NCBI GenBank assembly: GCA_035765895.1 | Contig: DASTWL010000012.1 | Span: 38,565 to 102,564, forward strand | DNA from: Verrucomicrobiia bacterium | GTDB taxonomy: Bacteria > Verrucomicrobiota > Verrucomicrobiia > Limisphaerales > DSYF01 | Length of the DNA: 64,000 nt | Reading direction: 5' to 3' | Shown: positions 1 through 9,200 of the stretch, piece after piece | Position numbering within the stretch: the first letter of the stretch is position 1 | Layout of the letters: each line of letters opens with the position of its first letter | Made by a program: the position numbers and the translations under genes | Notes under the pieces: model-generated | What the model was told of the DNA's origin: nothing | Database searches by the model: none | The model's input: only the letters and a program-made list of their open reading frames with translations

Positions 1-702
1 GACGGCATCGGCGTGCTTTACCTGGATGGTGCGCCGGTGGCGACGAATCAGGCGATGACCTTGACGCCCGCCGACCTCGGCAACACCACCCAGAACTGGC
101 TGGGCCGCTCGCAATATCCCGCCGATCCGTATCTCAGCGGGGTGGTGGATGACTTTCGCATCTACCGTGGCGTGCTGAGTCCGGCGGAAGTGGCGAGTTT
201 TGTCACGCCGTTGGCGGCGCCCAACGGCCTGGCGGCCGTGCGCGGTGATGGGCAGGTGCAGTTGAACTGGGACGCGGTCGCGACGGCCAATGGCTACAAC
301 CTCCGGCGCGCCACGCTGAGCGGCGGGCCCTACACGCTCGTGGCGACCAATCTGCCTGGGTTGGATGAGCTCGATGCCCCCGTGACCAACGGGACGCGCT
401 ACTACTACGTCGTTTCGGCCACCAACACGGTGACGGAAAGCGCCGGTTCGGCTGAAGTCTCGGTGGTGCCAACGGCCGCGACGCCAGCCCAACTCGCCAT
501 TGTCCGCGACGGCGGCCAGCTTCGGCTCAACTGGCCGGGTGATCACACAGGCTGGCGGCTGCAAACGCAGACCAACCCGCTGGCGGTGGGTCTCGGCGGT
601 GCGTGGTTCACCCTGCCGGACGCCGACCATACCAATCAATTCGCGCTGCCATTTGACCTTTCCAACGAGAGCGTCTTTTTCCGCCTGCAATCGCCGTATT
701 GA
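1..702 (+). CDS. secreted LamG (concanavalin-like)/fibronectin type III domain protein, C-terminal part; 5' end lies outside the window
   Basis: The frame is open from base 1. A LamG-like segment (LGRSQYPADPYLSGVVDDFRIYRGVLSPAEV) is followed by an FN3-like segment (GDGQVQLNWDAV..GYNLRR..TRYYYVVSATN). The C-terminal beta-module ends in FFRLQ. Confidence 0.7.
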   Translation, partial: DGIGVLYLDGAPVATNQAMTLTPADLGNTTQNWLGRSQYPADPYLSGVVDDFRIYRGVLSPAEVASFVTPLAAPNGLAAVRGDGQVQLNWDAVATANGYNLRRATLSGGPYTLVATNLPGLDELDAPVTNGTRYYYVVSATNTVTESAGSAEVSVVPTAATPAQLAIVRDGGQLRLNWPGDHTGWRLQTQTNPLAVGLGGAWFTLPDADHTNQFALPFDLSNESVFFRLQSPY

Positions 703-1007
703 GAGTCGAAGCGGAAGCGAAAATGGATTTGCCGCGCAACGCTCAGGAGGAGCGCCGGCGTCCTTGCCGGCTTGCACCGTCCGGACTCCTGCCCGCGTTC
801 GTCTCGCATTTGATTCCACCGTTTCACTGCTCGTCCGCCCCAAGCCGCTGGGGACAGCGGCGCTCCGGTTGGAGGGCGAGCGTCTCTCCATCCGAATTCC
901 CCAGCCCCAGCGGGGCGGCATCGGCGGGAACATGCCGCTCCTGAACGGAGCTTGGGATGGTTTTGGAACGGCTGGCTATAAACATGCCGCACCTACGGTG
1001 CTGTAGC

Positions 1008-1166
1008 GGCGGGCATCCTGCCTGCCGTGGAGCCGGTGCTTCCAGCCCGGCGGAAAAAACCGCACGCAAACACGAGGCGGTTGGCCAGTTCGAGCGGCCC
1101 TCGGTTCATCCACGCCCTTTCCGGGCGGCAGGATGCCGCCCTCTACGTCAGGCAGGATGCCTGACG
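1008..1166. repeat. cluster of three REP-like hairpins with the conserved core GGCA-GGA-TGCC
   Basis: Hairpins: 1008-1026 ggcgggca-tcc-tgcctgcc (opposite orientation), 1123-1141 gggcggca-gga-tgccgccc, and 1146-1166 cgtcaggca-gga-tgcctgacg. The same core occurs in the elements at 35730-35808 and 59571-59661. Confidence 0.7.
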
Positions 1167-1174
1167 CTACGTTG

Positions 1175-1258
1175 TCACTTCGCCGTCACGACGACGTGGT
1201 TCTTTTTGCCTTTGCGGAGGAGGAAGTGTTTGCCGAAGAGCAGGTCGTTGCTCGTCAT
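1175..1258 (-). pseudogene. displaced remnant of a tyrosyl-tRNA synthetase 3' end (last ~25 codons plus stop)
   Basis: The minus-strand translation is MTSNDLLFGKHFLLRKGKKNHVVVTAK*. This matches the canonical TyrRS C-terminus (..LFG..LLRrGKKN..) and the end of the live tyrS in this window (SGHYLLLRKGKKDYALV). An in-frame stop lies 4 codons upstream, so it is not a gene. Confidence 0.6.
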
Positions 1259-1520
1259 GGCTTCTTCCCATCATCTTCGCGCAACGCCATCGGCGAATGA
1301 AGTTCCGCCGCTGCGCCAGTCATCTCCTGATGCATTGTGCCCGGGCAACCGTGCAATCGCCTTGGAAAACTGGGGGGAATGAACCACGAAACACACGAAC
1401 CACACGAAAGGGAAACAAGGTCAGGGGAATAAGAGCGGCTCCATTCCCTTGACCCCAATTCCCCTGATCCAAGTTTTCAATACCCCAGCACCAGCACCGC
1501 CGCCTGCTCCGCCGGACAGT

Positions 1521-1547
1521 TCCCCTCCTGGGAGGGGTCAGGGGTGG
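1521..1547. repeat. solo arm of the CCTGACC-hairpin repeat family
   Basis: cccctcctgggaggggtcaggggtggg is a hairpin (cccctcc/ggagggg) followed by GGTCAGG.G.GGG. It has the same layout as the right arm of the element at 61444-61475. Confidence 0.45.
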
Positions 1548-1555
1548 GTTGTTCC

Positions 1556-1912
1556 TCAATACACCAGCACGAGAACAGCAGCTTGCTCGGTAGTTTTGAC
1601 AACCTCTTCAAACTTCCGCTCCTTGGTTTCGGGTTCCTTGAGCTTCGCGGCGACTTCGGGGACGGATTCGAGGAAGCCGAGGAGGAAGCTGCTCTTCACC
1701 GCGCAGTTCACGTTCTCCGGCAGTGCGCCGCTCGACGCCAGCGCGGCGCGGGCGCTCAACTTGGCCGACACCATGCCCGCCACGTTCCCGCGCTCATCCA
1801 CCAGCGCCCCGCCCGAATTGCCCGGCTGCATCGGCACGCTGATCTGGAAATGCCGCGCGTCACCCCCCGCGCCGGACAGCGACGCGACCTCACCCTTGGC
1901 CAGCCATAGCAT
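1556..1912 (-). pseudogene. truncated trypsin-like (S1C/DegP-type) serine protease, C-terminal half only
   Basis: It contains the catalytic-Ser motif GNSGGALVDERGNVAGMVS. No His/Asp-bearing N-terminal half is present. The ORF starts exactly where the lower-G+C segment begins (1913/1914). Confidence 0.55.
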
Positions 1913-1913
1913 T

Positions 1914-2768
1914 TTAGGCTTTTGAAGCGATGGAGCCAGACTTGAAAGTTGTGCTACTTGAATCGCTGGTGACCACTAAATCTTCGACAGAGCATTCCAG
2001 ACCTAAGTGAGGGGGAACCTCCACGAACCGGGTCACATATTCGAGGAATGCCTTATCTCCGATTAACTCCACCATTGTAAAAGTAAAACTTCCGTCGTTT
2101 GGCTGGTAAAGGTGCCACGCTCTGCCAGTTTTTGTTGCAGTCACTCGCTTCTGGCTCAGAAGCGTGAGGATTTTCATGAAAGCTGATTCTGAAGGCCTCA
2201 TTGGGGGCGGTTCTGTGCCTACTGGTTGGGGCAGCTTTACTGACACGCGGGCTTTCTCTTCTGCAACTCGATATTTGACATACAAAACTTTCTGGCGGAT
2301 TTCGTCTCCGTTTGCATCAGCAAAAGCTTTGGCCCACAAACCAGGCCGAGTTGCGCGGCTCTCGACTTCTTTCATGGCTTGCTCGTAGAGCGCTTCTTCA
2401 GAAATTGAAGTGAGGTGCGCTTCGTTCGTTGAAGGAACTGGTTCCAGGTGTTGAAACTGTTGGTGGGGAGTTGACGCCGGTGTTTCTCGGCTTGTTTCGG
2501 TAGGCTGAGTCGAACGACTGGACGCCGTCCGACTCCAAAGAATGGAAAACGAGATGACTCCAACGGCTCCAATTGTTGCTGGCGACTTGTCTCCAATCGC
2601 CTGCCAGAAGGCCAGAAGCCCAAGGCCGATGAAGAATGAGATAATGATTGAAGGCCACAACGAGAGCGGTCGCCGAAGTATTCCCCATCGAATTACGACT
2701 GCTGGAATCAATCCTACCAGTATCTTAAGCATAGTCCTCGGGAATCCTGTGCATTGGCTTTTCTTCAA
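1914..2768 (-). CDS. hypothetical membrane protein encoded on the lower-G+C segment
   Basis: 284-aa ORF with an N-terminal hydrophobic region (3 predicted TM helices). It has a soluble part with the motif RPGLWAKAFADANGDEIRQKVLYVKYRV. Its start overlaps the tyrS stop by 4 nt (ATGA); an alternative start is M13 at 2732. Confidence 0.5.
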   Translation of the reverse strand: MKKSQCTGFPRTMLKILVGLIPAVVIRWGILRRPLSLWPSIIISFFIGLGLLAFWQAIGDKSPATIGAVGVISFSILWSRTASSRSTQPTETSRETPASTPHQQFQHLEPVPSTNEAHLTSISEEALYEQAMKEVESRATRPGLWAKAFADANGDEIRQKVLYVKYRVAEEKARVSVKLPQPVGTEPPPMRPSESAFMKILTLLSQKRVTATKTGRAWHLYQPNDGSFTFTMVELIGDKAFLEYVTRFVEVPPHLGLECSVEDLVVTSDSSSTTFKSGSIASKA

Positions 2769-4057
2769 TCCACGATTTCTACCAATGCATAATCCTTTTT
2801 CCCCTTTCGGAGTAGAAGGTAGTGGCCTGAAAACTGGAAGATTCGCGTGCTAACGACCAAATTTTGGTCCTGTTCTCGGATATTGTTTAGATACACCCCA
2901 CCTTCTTGGATCTTTCTGCGTGCTTCGCCCTTGGACTTGAACAATCCCGCGAGGACTAGCAACTCTGCAAATGCCATCCCGGGATCATCCAATTGCCTTT
3001 TTGAAACTTTTATAGTTGGCACCTCGTTACTCAGCATCTCAAACATACCTGCTTCGTTTTGCCAGACCGTCAGCGGACTACCGAAAAGGATGTCGCTCGC
3101 TTGCAGCGCCAGTTTCGTCGCGTGTTCACCGTGGATGAGGTCGGTGGCGGCTTTGGCGAGCGCGCGGTGCGCGGCGCGGGCGCCGGGATTTGCGTTGTGT
3201 TGCGCTTCGAGCGTCGCGATTTCTTCCTGCGGCAGGAAGGTGAAGAATTTCAGGTAGCGGATCACGTCCGCATCGGCGGTGTTGATCCAGAACTGGTAGA
3301 AGCGATAGACGCTGGTCTTCTTCGGATCGAGCCACACCGAGCCGCCCTCGGTCTTGCCGAACTTGGTGCCGTCAGCCTTGGTAATGAGCGGGAGCGTGAG
3401 GCCGAACGCGGAGCGCTGAAGCTTCTTGCGGATGAGGTCCATGCCGGCGGTGATGTTGCCCCATTGGTCGCTGCCGCCGATCTGGAGTTCGCAGTTATGG
3501 TCGCGCGCCAGCACCATGTAGTCGAACGCCTGGAGCAGCATGTAGCTGAACTCGGTGTAGCTGATGCCGACTTCGCGGTCTTCCATGCGCGCGCGGACGC
3601 TCTCCTTCGCCACCATCTGATTCACGGAAAAATGCTTTCCGATGTCGCGGAGGAAATCGAGGTAGGTGAGGTGCGCGGTCCAATCGGCATTGTCCACGAG
3701 TTTGGCCGGGTTCGCTTTGGCGTCGAAATCGAGCAGCTTGGCGAGCTGCGGGCGGACGGCTTCGACGTTGGCCTTGATCTGGTCCTTGGTGAGCAGCGAG
3801 CGCTCGGCGGATTTGCCGCTCGGGTCGCCGATGCTGCCGGTCGCGCCGCCGGCGACGGCGATGGGATGATGGCCGTAATTCTGAAAGCGACGCAATGCGA
3901 GCAACGGCACGAGATGCCCGACGTGGAGCGAGTCCGCCGTGGGATCGAACCCGCAGTAAAGCGTGATGGGCGACGCGGCGAGGCGCTTGGTCAGCTCGGG
4001 CGTGTCGGTGCAATCGGCGAAGAGGCCGCGCCATTGCAGTTCATCCAGAATGTTCAT
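2765..4057 (-). CDS. tyrS: tyrosine--tRNA ligase
   Basis: The class I motifs are HVGHL (HIGH) and KFGKT (KMSKS), with a C-terminal S4-like domain. I prefer the start at MNILDELQWRG (4057) over the ORF-track start at 4198. The 3' end, about 2765-3080, has visibly lower G+C. Confidence 0.9.
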   Translation of the reverse strand: MNILDELQWRGLFADCTDTPELTKRLAASPITLYCGFDPTADSLHVGHLVPLLALRRFQNYGHHPIAVAGGATGSIGDPSGKSAERSLLTKDQIKANVEAVRPQLAKLLDFDAKANPAKLVDNADWTAHLTYLDFLRDIGKHFSVNQMVAKESVRARMEDREVGISYTEFSYMLLQAFDYMVLARDHNCELQIGGSDQWGNITAGMDLIRKKLQRSAFGLTLPLITKADGTKFGKTEGGSVWLDPKKTSVYRFYQFWINTADADVIRYLKFFTFLPQEEIATLEAQHNANPGARAAHRALAKAATDLIHGEHATKLALQASDILFGSPLTVWQNEAGMFEMLSNEVPTIKVSKRQLDDPGMAFAELLVLAGLFKSKGEARRKIQEGGVYLNNIREQDQNLVVSTRIFQFSGHYLLLRKGKKDYALVEIVD

Positions 4058-4234
4058 GGGGGCGCAGGCTAAATTGCCGTTTGCCGGATGCCAATAGCCA
4101 ATCGAATGCGCCGCCGGAAGCCGCGCAAGGAAATGCCGCTTTACTCGCAATTTTTCCATTCCTAGTTTGAGCGAGTTAATGTGGGAAGCGTTTTTCATGG
4201 AAACGCCGCAACATCAGCGCGCGGCCGCACAGGA

Positions 4235-6223
4235 ATGACTGGCAAAACCAAAATTGATCGGGCGGGCCTCGCCCTGGGCGTGGGCGTGTGGCTGGTCGTG
4301 CTGGCGGGCGTGGGCGTGGCGTTGCGGCAGATTCAGGCCAATCGGGCCGAGCTGGAGCATCAGGCGGAGCAGGAGCTGGAGTCGGTGGCGGCGTTGAAGG
4401 CGCAGCAACTGGCCGGCTGGCGGGCCGAACGGCTGGCGGATGCGAGTTTTTTCAGCAATGCCGAGTTTGTGCGGCGGGACGTGTCGGCCTTCCTGCGGGA
4501 CCGGGGTTCATCCGTCGGGCGGGAAGAAATGATCCGGTGGATGAACCTGCTCAAGGGCGGGGAGCGTTACGAGCGCGTGTGGTTGTTCAATGCGCAAGGA
4601 AACCGGCAACTGTCCGTTCCGCCGGACACCAATCCGCCTTGCGCCTGTTTGCAGGCGTTGTTGCCGGCCGGGCTTCATGCCGATCAGGTGTCGTTGAGCG
4701 ACATCGAACGCGATCCGGCTGACGGCCATCTTTGCCTCCAGGCGTTGCTGCCCGTGCGGGGGGGCAACCAGACGGAAGCGCCGGGCGCCGCCCATCCGTT
4801 GATCGTCGTCACCATCAATCCGCGCAGCGTGCTGTTTCCGATGATCCAGACCTGGCCGGTCGCCAATGCGACGGCGGAGGTTCTCCTGCTGCGGCTCGCC
4901 GGCGATGAGGCGGTGGTGCTCAACGAACTGCGGCATCGCACCAACACCGCCCTGCAAATGAAGCTGCCGCTCGATGCCTCGCAGGCGCTGACGCTGCAGG
5001 CCTTGCGCGCGGGCAAGGGCGTGTGGTGGGGCAAGGATTATCGCGGGGTGCCGGTGGTGGCGGCCGTGCGGCCGGTGCCCGGCACGCCGTGGGTGCTGGT
5101 GGCGAAAATGGATGAAGCCGAATTCTCGGCGCCGCTGCGGGGCTACTTGTGGAGCACCGTGCTGCTGCTGGTGGTGCTCGCCCTGAGCGGCCTGCTCGTG
5201 GGCAGCGTGTTGCTCCGCCGGCAGCGCACGCGGCATCTGCGCGAGGAACTGACGTTGGAACGCGCCGGCCGGGCACTGGCCGAGCGGTTCGCCATCCTGA
5301 TGGAGAATGCCGGTGACATCATTTTGCTGATGGATTCCGAATTGCGGGTGGTGGAGGCGAACCGGCAGGCGGTCGAGGTGTTTGGCTTTTCGCTGGCGGA
5401 GCTGCGGGAGAAGCGGCTGCCTGAGCTGCTCGCGCCCGGCGCCGCGGCGGAGTTGCCGCGCCGGCTGGAACAGGTGCAGGGCCACGACAGTCTCGTGGAG
5501 GTGGCGGAAGGCCGGCATCGCGACGGCCACTCCTTCCACGTCGAAATCAATGGCCGCCGCGTGATGATCGATGGCGTTGACCGGTTGTTGCTGGTCGGAC
5601 GCGACATCAGCGCGCGGTTGCAACAGGAGCAGGCCCTGCGCGAGGCGCAACGGGAGCTGCAAGCCATCGTGGATCAGGCCGGTTCCCTGATTGGCGTAAA
5701 GGCGTTGGATGGCCGTTACCGGCTGGTCAACCAGGCTCTGGCCGGGCGGCTGGGGCGTCCGGCCGAGGCGCTGCTGGGCTGCACTGATGACGAACTGCTT
5801 CCCCGCGAGGCGGCCGAACGGGCCCGGGGGCAGCACCAGGAAGTCGTTCGGCGGCGCAAGCCGCTGATCTGCGAGGAAACGTTCACCGAAGCGGACGGGG
5901 CGCACACGTATCTCTCCCTCAAATTCCCGCTGACCGACGAGCAGGGCGAACTTTACGGCGTGGGGAGCATTGCAACGGACATCACCGGGCGCAAGGAGAC
6001 GGAGGAAAAGCTTCGGGCGCAGGCGGACGAACTGCGCGCGAATTATGACGCGCTGGCGCGGTTCAATCGCGTGGTCGTGGGCCGGGAGTTGCGCATGATT
6101 GAACTCAAGCGCGAGATTAACGAGCTGTGCCGGCAACTGGGCCGTCCGGCCCCTTACGTGAGCGATTTGACGGCGGTTGGACTGGCCCCGGAAGACGTTG
6201 CGAAACCGGCAGCACAACCATGA
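4235..6223 (+). CDS. membrane PAS-domain sensor protein without a kinase or other output domain
   Basis: Layout: N-terminal TM helix, ~280-aa extracytoplasmic region, second TM helix (LWSTVLLLVVLALSGLLVG), two PAS-like segments, and a C-terminal coiled coil (RELRMIELKREINELCRQLG). No H-box or ATPase is present. The ORF opens at 4181; I prefer the start at 4235. Confidence 0.7.
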   Translation: MTGKTKIDRAGLALGVGVWLVVLAGVGVALRQIQANRAELEHQAEQELESVAALKAQQLAGWRAERLADASFFSNAEFVRRDVSAFLRDRGSSVGREEMIRWMNLLKGGERYERVWLFNAQGNRQLSVPPDTNPPCACLQALLPAGLHADQVSLSDIERDPADGHLCLQALLPVRGGNQTEAPGAAHPLIVVTINPRSVLFPMIQTWPVANATAEVLLLRLAGDEAVVLNELRHRTNTALQMKLPLDASQALTLQALRAGKGVWWGKDYRGVPVVAAVRPVPGTPWVLVAKMDEAEFSAPLRGYLWSTVLLLVVLALSGLLVGSVLLRRQRTRHLREELTLERAGRALAERFAILMENAGDIILLMDSELRVVEANRQAVEVFGFSLAELREKRLPELLAPGAAAELPRRLEQVQGHDSLVEVAEGRHRDGHSFHVEINGRRVMIDGVDRLLLVGRDISARLQQEQALREAQRELQAIVDQAGSLIGVKALDGRYRLVNQALAGRLGRPAEALLGCTDDELLPREAAERARGQHQEVVRRRKPLICEETFTEADGAHTYLSLKFPLTDEQGELYGVGSIATDITGRKETEEKLRAQADELRANYDALARFNRVVVGRELRMIELKREINELCRQLGRPAPYVSDLTAVGLAPEDVAKPAAQP

Positions 6224-9200
6224 GTCTGGAGCGGCAAACAACGCGGGAGACTTTGGAACAGGAAGTCGCGACATTGCGGCTGCGCCTGGCGCAACTGGAG
6301 GGCAGCCGGCCGGTCGGGGCGGCGTCCGCCGGTGCCGTTTCACCGTGGTCCGCGCTGATCGAAAACATGGGCGTCAGCGCCGCCTTGCTCTCTGCCGATG
6401 GCTTGATTCTCTGTGCCAGCCGCGTCTTCGCGGAAATGTTTCGCCTGCCGGCAGAACTGCTGCCGGGCACGGCGCTGGCCTCGTTCATCTTCGACGAGCA
6501 CCGGCACCGCTACCTGACGCTGTTCGGCAGCCTGCAAAACGGTCCCACCACCGGCGAACTGGTGGGCCTGCGTGCCACCCGCGAGATGTTTCCCCTGCGG
6601 CTGACCCTGTGCCCCATGCCTGCCGTCAGCGGCGGGGCGGTGGCGGCGCTGGTCATCGACCAGACCCAGCAGGACGAACTGGAGCGGCTGCGCCGGCACG
6701 TGGCGGAGATGGAGCGGGAGCGTGCACAGCGGGACGCGGAATCAGCCGCGGCGTTGCGCGAACTCGCGGACGCGCGACTGGCGGCGTTGAACGTGCTGGA
6801 GGACGCCGTTCAAGCACGACAACGCAGCGAGCAGATCAACCGCCAGTTGCGGGAGAGTGAGGAACGTTTCCGCACACTCGTGGAGACGGCGCCCGACGCC
6901 ATTTCCATTCAGAGCGACGGCTGTTTTCGCTACGTGAATCGGGCGGTGCTCACGCTCTACGGTGCGGAGTCGCCGGCGCAACTGCTCGGGCGGCCGGCCT
7001 TGGATCGCGTGCATCCGGATTATCACGCCATCGCGCTCGAACGCCGGCGCCGGGTGGATGATGCGCATGAACCGGCCGGCGCCATGGAGCAGGTGCACCT
7101 GCGCCTCGACGGCACGCCGGTCCATGTGGACATTTGCGCGGTGCCGTTCCAGTTCGAAGGGGAACCGGCGGTGCTCGTTTTTGCGCGAAATCTGACCGAA
7201 CGCAAGCAGGCGGAAAAGGCGGCCGAGGAACGCTCGGCCGAACTGGACCGGTTTTTCAGCCTGGCGCTGGACCTGCTGTGCATCGCCGATCCGGGCGGTC
7301 GATTGCTGCGGTTGAACCCGGCGTGGGAACCGTCGCTCGGTTATCCGGTGGCGGAACTGGCCGGGCATTCGCTGCTCGACTTCGTGGATGAGGATGATGC
7401 CGCCGACACCATTGCCGCGTTCGCGGAAGTCTGTGCGAGGGGGGGCATCGTCAGCTTCACGAATCGCTGCCGTCACAAGGATGGCACCCTGCGCTGGATC
7501 GAATGGCGGGTGGCGTCTTACTCGGGTTCCCTGGTTTACGCGGCGGCGCGCGACATCACCGAGCGCCTGCAATCGGAGGAGACGCTGCGCCTGCGGAACA
7601 CTGCGCTGGAGGCGGCGGCGAACGTCGTGGTCATTACCGACCGTCAGGGCCGGATTGTCTGGACGAACCCTGCGTTCACGCAGTCCACGGGCTACACGGC
7701 GGCCGAGGTGCTGGGCCGCAACCCGCGCTTGTTGAAGTCGCAGGAACAAGACCCGGCCTTTTATCGCCAGATGTGGGAGGCGATCACGGCAGGCGACGTG
7801 TGGCAGGGCGAGTTCGTCAACGTCCGCAAGGACGGCACGCGCTTCACCGAACACGCCACCATCACACCGGTCCGGAATGAATCCGGCCAGATCACGCACT
7901 TCATTGCCGTGAAGCAGGACGTTAGCGAGCAGAAGCAGGCCGAACAACGGCTGCGCGACCAGGCGCAACTCCTCGACCTCGCGAATGACGCCATCATCGT
8001 CTGCGCGCAGGACCAGACGATCGTGAACTGGAATCAGGGCGCCGAGCGGCTTTACGGCTGGAGCAAGGCGGAGGCCCTCGGCCGGGCATTGCATCCGTTG
8101 CTGGGCCGGCCCCAGTCGGTGTCCGAGGCCGAGATCACCCGTGAACTCGACGCGCGCGGCAGTTGGAATGGCGAGCTTCGGCAGCACAACCGCGAGGGCA
8201 AGGAGATTACCGTCATCAGCCGCTGGACTCTGATTCGCGAGGAGCACGGCGCGGCCAAGAGCATTCTCGTCATCAACGCGGACGTCACCGAACGGAAGCG
8301 GCTCGAGGCACAGTTCCTCCGCATGCAGCGTGTTGAGAGCATCGGCACGCTCGCGGCCGGCATCGCGCATGATTTGAACAACATCCTCGCGCCGATTCTC
8401 ATGGTCGGCCCGTTGCTCGAGGAGAAGGTCAAGGACGACGAAGGCCGCTGGATGCTGGAGGCGGCGCGTAAAAACGCCGAGCGGGGCGCGTCCATCGTGA
8501 AACAACTGCTGACCTTTGCCAAGGGCAGTGAAGGCGAGCTGATCCCGCTCGACCTGACGCGCCTGCTCAAGGACATGGCCGGCATCGTGCGCGAAACGTT
8601 CCCGAAAAACATCCGCTGTGAAACGTCCCTGCCGCCGCAGCCATGGCCCGTGCTGGGCAACCTGACGCAACTCCACCAGGTTGTGCTGAACCTGTGCCTT
8701 AACGCCCGGGACGCCATGCCGGACGGCGGCCAGCTGCGTCTCGCCATGGACAACATCGTCGTGGATGAGTCGTTCGTGGCGATGGAAATCCAGGCCCGGC
8801 CCGGGCCATATGTGGTATTGACCGTGGCGGACACGGGCCAGGGCATTCCGGACGACATCAAGGAACGCATCTTTGATCCGTTCTTCACCACGAAGGGACC
8901 GGACCGGGGCACGGGGCTGGGCCTGGCGACGGTGCTGGGCATCGTGCGCAGCCACAATGGATTCATCCGCCTGACCAGCCGGGTGGGGGAGGGATCACAA
9001 TTCAAGATTTACCTGCCGGCGTCCGACATTGTGGACACGGCGGGTCAGGCGGCCGAACAGACGGCGGCAGCGCCCCGCGGCAATGGCGAGTTGATTCTGC
9101 TGGTGGACGACGAGGAGGCCGTGCGTGCCACGAGCCGCCGGGCCCTGACCAAGTTTGGCTACCGCGTGGTGGAGGCGGCCGACGGCACCGAGGGGGTCAG

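Noticed and set aside
500-1559. Multiple overlapping 60-170-aa ORFs on both strands between the LamG/FN3 gene and the protease fragment
   Set aside because: They lie over hairpin repeats and the tyrS remnant, overlap each other, and give Arg/Pro/Ser-rich products. I treat the region as non-coding repeat or rearrangement debris.
4508-8955. Long minus-strand ORFs (4508-6343 and 6742-8955) opposite the PAS sensor and hybrid kinase
   Set aside because: These are shadow ORFs with Arg/His/Gln-rich nonsense composition. The plus-strand products have clean PAS/HisKA/HATPase/REC architecture.
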